Virus record (IMG/VR): IMGVR_UViG_3300027917_000018 | Span: 96,001-160,000 of that record | Strand: one strand, 5' to 3' | Origin: a virus | Lineage: Duplodnaviria; Caudoviricetes | DNA length: 64,000 nucleotides | In this document: positions 63,000 through 64,000 of the stretch, one piece after another | Position numbering within the stretch: position 1 is the stretch's first letter | Layout of the letters: every line of letters begins with the position of its first letter | The notes under the pieces: generated by a model | What the model saw: the letters and a program-made list of their open reading frames with translations, nothing else | What the model was told of the DNA's origin: nothing | The model's database searches: none | Made by a program: the position numbers and the translations under genes

Positions 63000-63415
63000 G
63001 CCGATACGTTTCAGAGAGCTATTTCGAGACGGTGCGGACGCTACCGGTTGCGCTGGCGCAAACGGAGCTGAAGCGCGAGAACTCGCTTGTGATCTGTCGG
63101 CTGCCGCTGGCGTTGAACCAGACGCTGGAGCTTCGGTCTCTGACACTGCACATTATCAAAATCTTAACCCCAGGGGTGAAGCCTTTCAGCGAGGTCACCG
63201 TCAACGGGATCGCCAGCGTCGGCCTTCAGTTTGCTGGAATGGCCACCGGCATGATTGGCTCGGTCAACCTGGAGAATGTTGGGTCGGCGACCTGGAATCC
63301 CTACGAGCCGGTGTTGATCACGGCTCCGGGCACTTATCAGGTAACCGTCCGAAACCACACGAACAACGTGGACATGGCCATTGCCGTGACCGGCAGCGTG
63401 AAGATTTTCAGTTGA
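62996..63415 (+). CDS. virion protein, paralog family B
   Basis: TLPVALAQTE..; ends MAIAVTGSVKI. Confidence 0.55.
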   Translation: MSRYVSESYFETVRTLPVALAQTELKRENSLVICRLPLALNQTLELRSLTLHIIKILTPGVKPFSEVTVNGIASVGLQFAGMATGMIGSVNLENVGSATWNPYEPVLITAPGTYQVTVRNHTNNVDMAIAVTGSVKIFS

Positions 63416-63416
63416 T

Positions 63417-64000
63417 ATGCCAGCGCCCTATCCACCAGTACCGTCACAGCTCGAAGCCGCCCTGCTGGTTGTCCTGCGGGATTCGGTGACCTGGGAATCC
63501 GCGTTGGCTCCGATGGATTCATCGGGAACCTATTCGGGCACGCTTACTGAGCCCGGTAGCACCGGCCCGTTCAATGCCCTGGAGTACCAGCGGCGGGACC
63601 GGGAGCTGGCGTGGCTGGACACCCGCAACGCAGCTGCCGTGGTCGAGGTCAGTCTGGAAGTGGCGGACGTGTGGAATGCCTCTGCGCTCCGCCCGATCAT
63701 GCAGGGGCCGCAAATCGGCCACATCACCTACAACGAGCAAGCGTCTGCGCAGGGGCTGCTCAGCAAGGTGGTCCACGTCACCAACGCCTCCGTTCCCAGG
63801 GATGCGCTCAGCACGGACAAAGACCTAGTAGGGCGTGATCTGCTCGTTTACGAGACCCTTTACAACGCCTGCGCAAATCTCTTTGTGCCGCCGCCCATCA
63901 CCAGCAGCGGCTCGGAAATCCCCGGCGTGACGGCCTGGGCGACCGGGTACGGCTCGGCGCAGCGCAAAGACATCAGTACAGCGCTGCCGCTTGGACGCGG
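63417..64000 (+). CDS. hypothetical protein, 3'-truncated (not in ORF track)
   Basis: ATG 63417 right after the upstream TGA; frame open to window end (MPAPYPPVPSQLE...). Confidence 0.65.
   Translation, partial: MPAPYPPVPSQLEAALLVVLRDSVTWESALAPMDSSGTYSGTLTEPGSTGPFNALEYQRRDRELAWLDTRNAAAVVEVSLEVADVWNASALRPIMQGPQIGHITYNEQASAQGLLSKVVHVTNASVPRDALSTDKDLVGRDLLVYETLYNACANLFVPPPITSSGSEIPGVTAWATGYGSAQRKDISTALPLGR

Noticed and set aside
1-64000. Numerous long antisense or alternate-frame ORFs in the track (for example 24069-25058, 26237-27172, 38571-39620, 56028-56948, 60450-61238)
   Set aside because: Shadow ORFs typical of high GC; they overlap better-supported genes and have R/P/A/G-rich composition without motifs.
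1-64000. tRNA, rRNA or CRISPR array
   Set aside because: No cloverleaf or T-arm pattern and no repeat-spacer array seen; almost no intergenic space. A tRNAscan-SE run would be needed to exclude tRNAs.
1-64000. Stop-codon reassignment
   Set aside because: Genes tile densely with standard code 11, and TAA, TAG and TGA all terminate well-supported genes.

Overview
64 kb fragment of a large, GC-rich (roughly 60% by eye) tailed dsDNA phage with T4-like/jumbo-myovirus traits; no rRNA, tRNA or CRISPR array was seen. It holds the terminase large subunit (59229-61316), a LysM-like baseplate gene, two related tail-tip cassettes (4766-6768 and 48078-50816), a beta-helix tailspike, lipoprotein/holin-like genes and many small accessory ORFs. 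Recognisable accessory genes include a Tad1-like anti-defence sponge, two PAPS-reductase-fold proteins, a nucleotidyltransferase-GHMP kinase fusion, a SLOG protein, a dual-specificity phosphatase and a sigma54 enhancer-binding protein without a sensor domain. Main discovery candidate: 14 otherwise unrelated coding segments in three clusters (28.3-28.9, 34.5-43.0 and 53.3-55.3 kb) share an N-terminal leader, M-S-R-A-R-x-I-L-E-A-E-[ST]-P-[RK]. The same signal recurs in-frame between domains of long mosaic ORFs carrying Nudix, 2H-phosphoesterase, PRTase, DUF6166-like and duplicated GNAT-like modules. This resembles a T4 capsid-targeting sequence plus prohead-protease site, and I infer a large arsenal of head-packaged, protease-processed cargo polyproteins. 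A second signal, GTA[GA]TTA[GA], sits a near-fixed 4 nt before the start codon of operon-leading genes (candidate late promoter). The decamer TTACGGATCG is strongly over-represented. All family calls are by-eye motif recognition; no database search was run.
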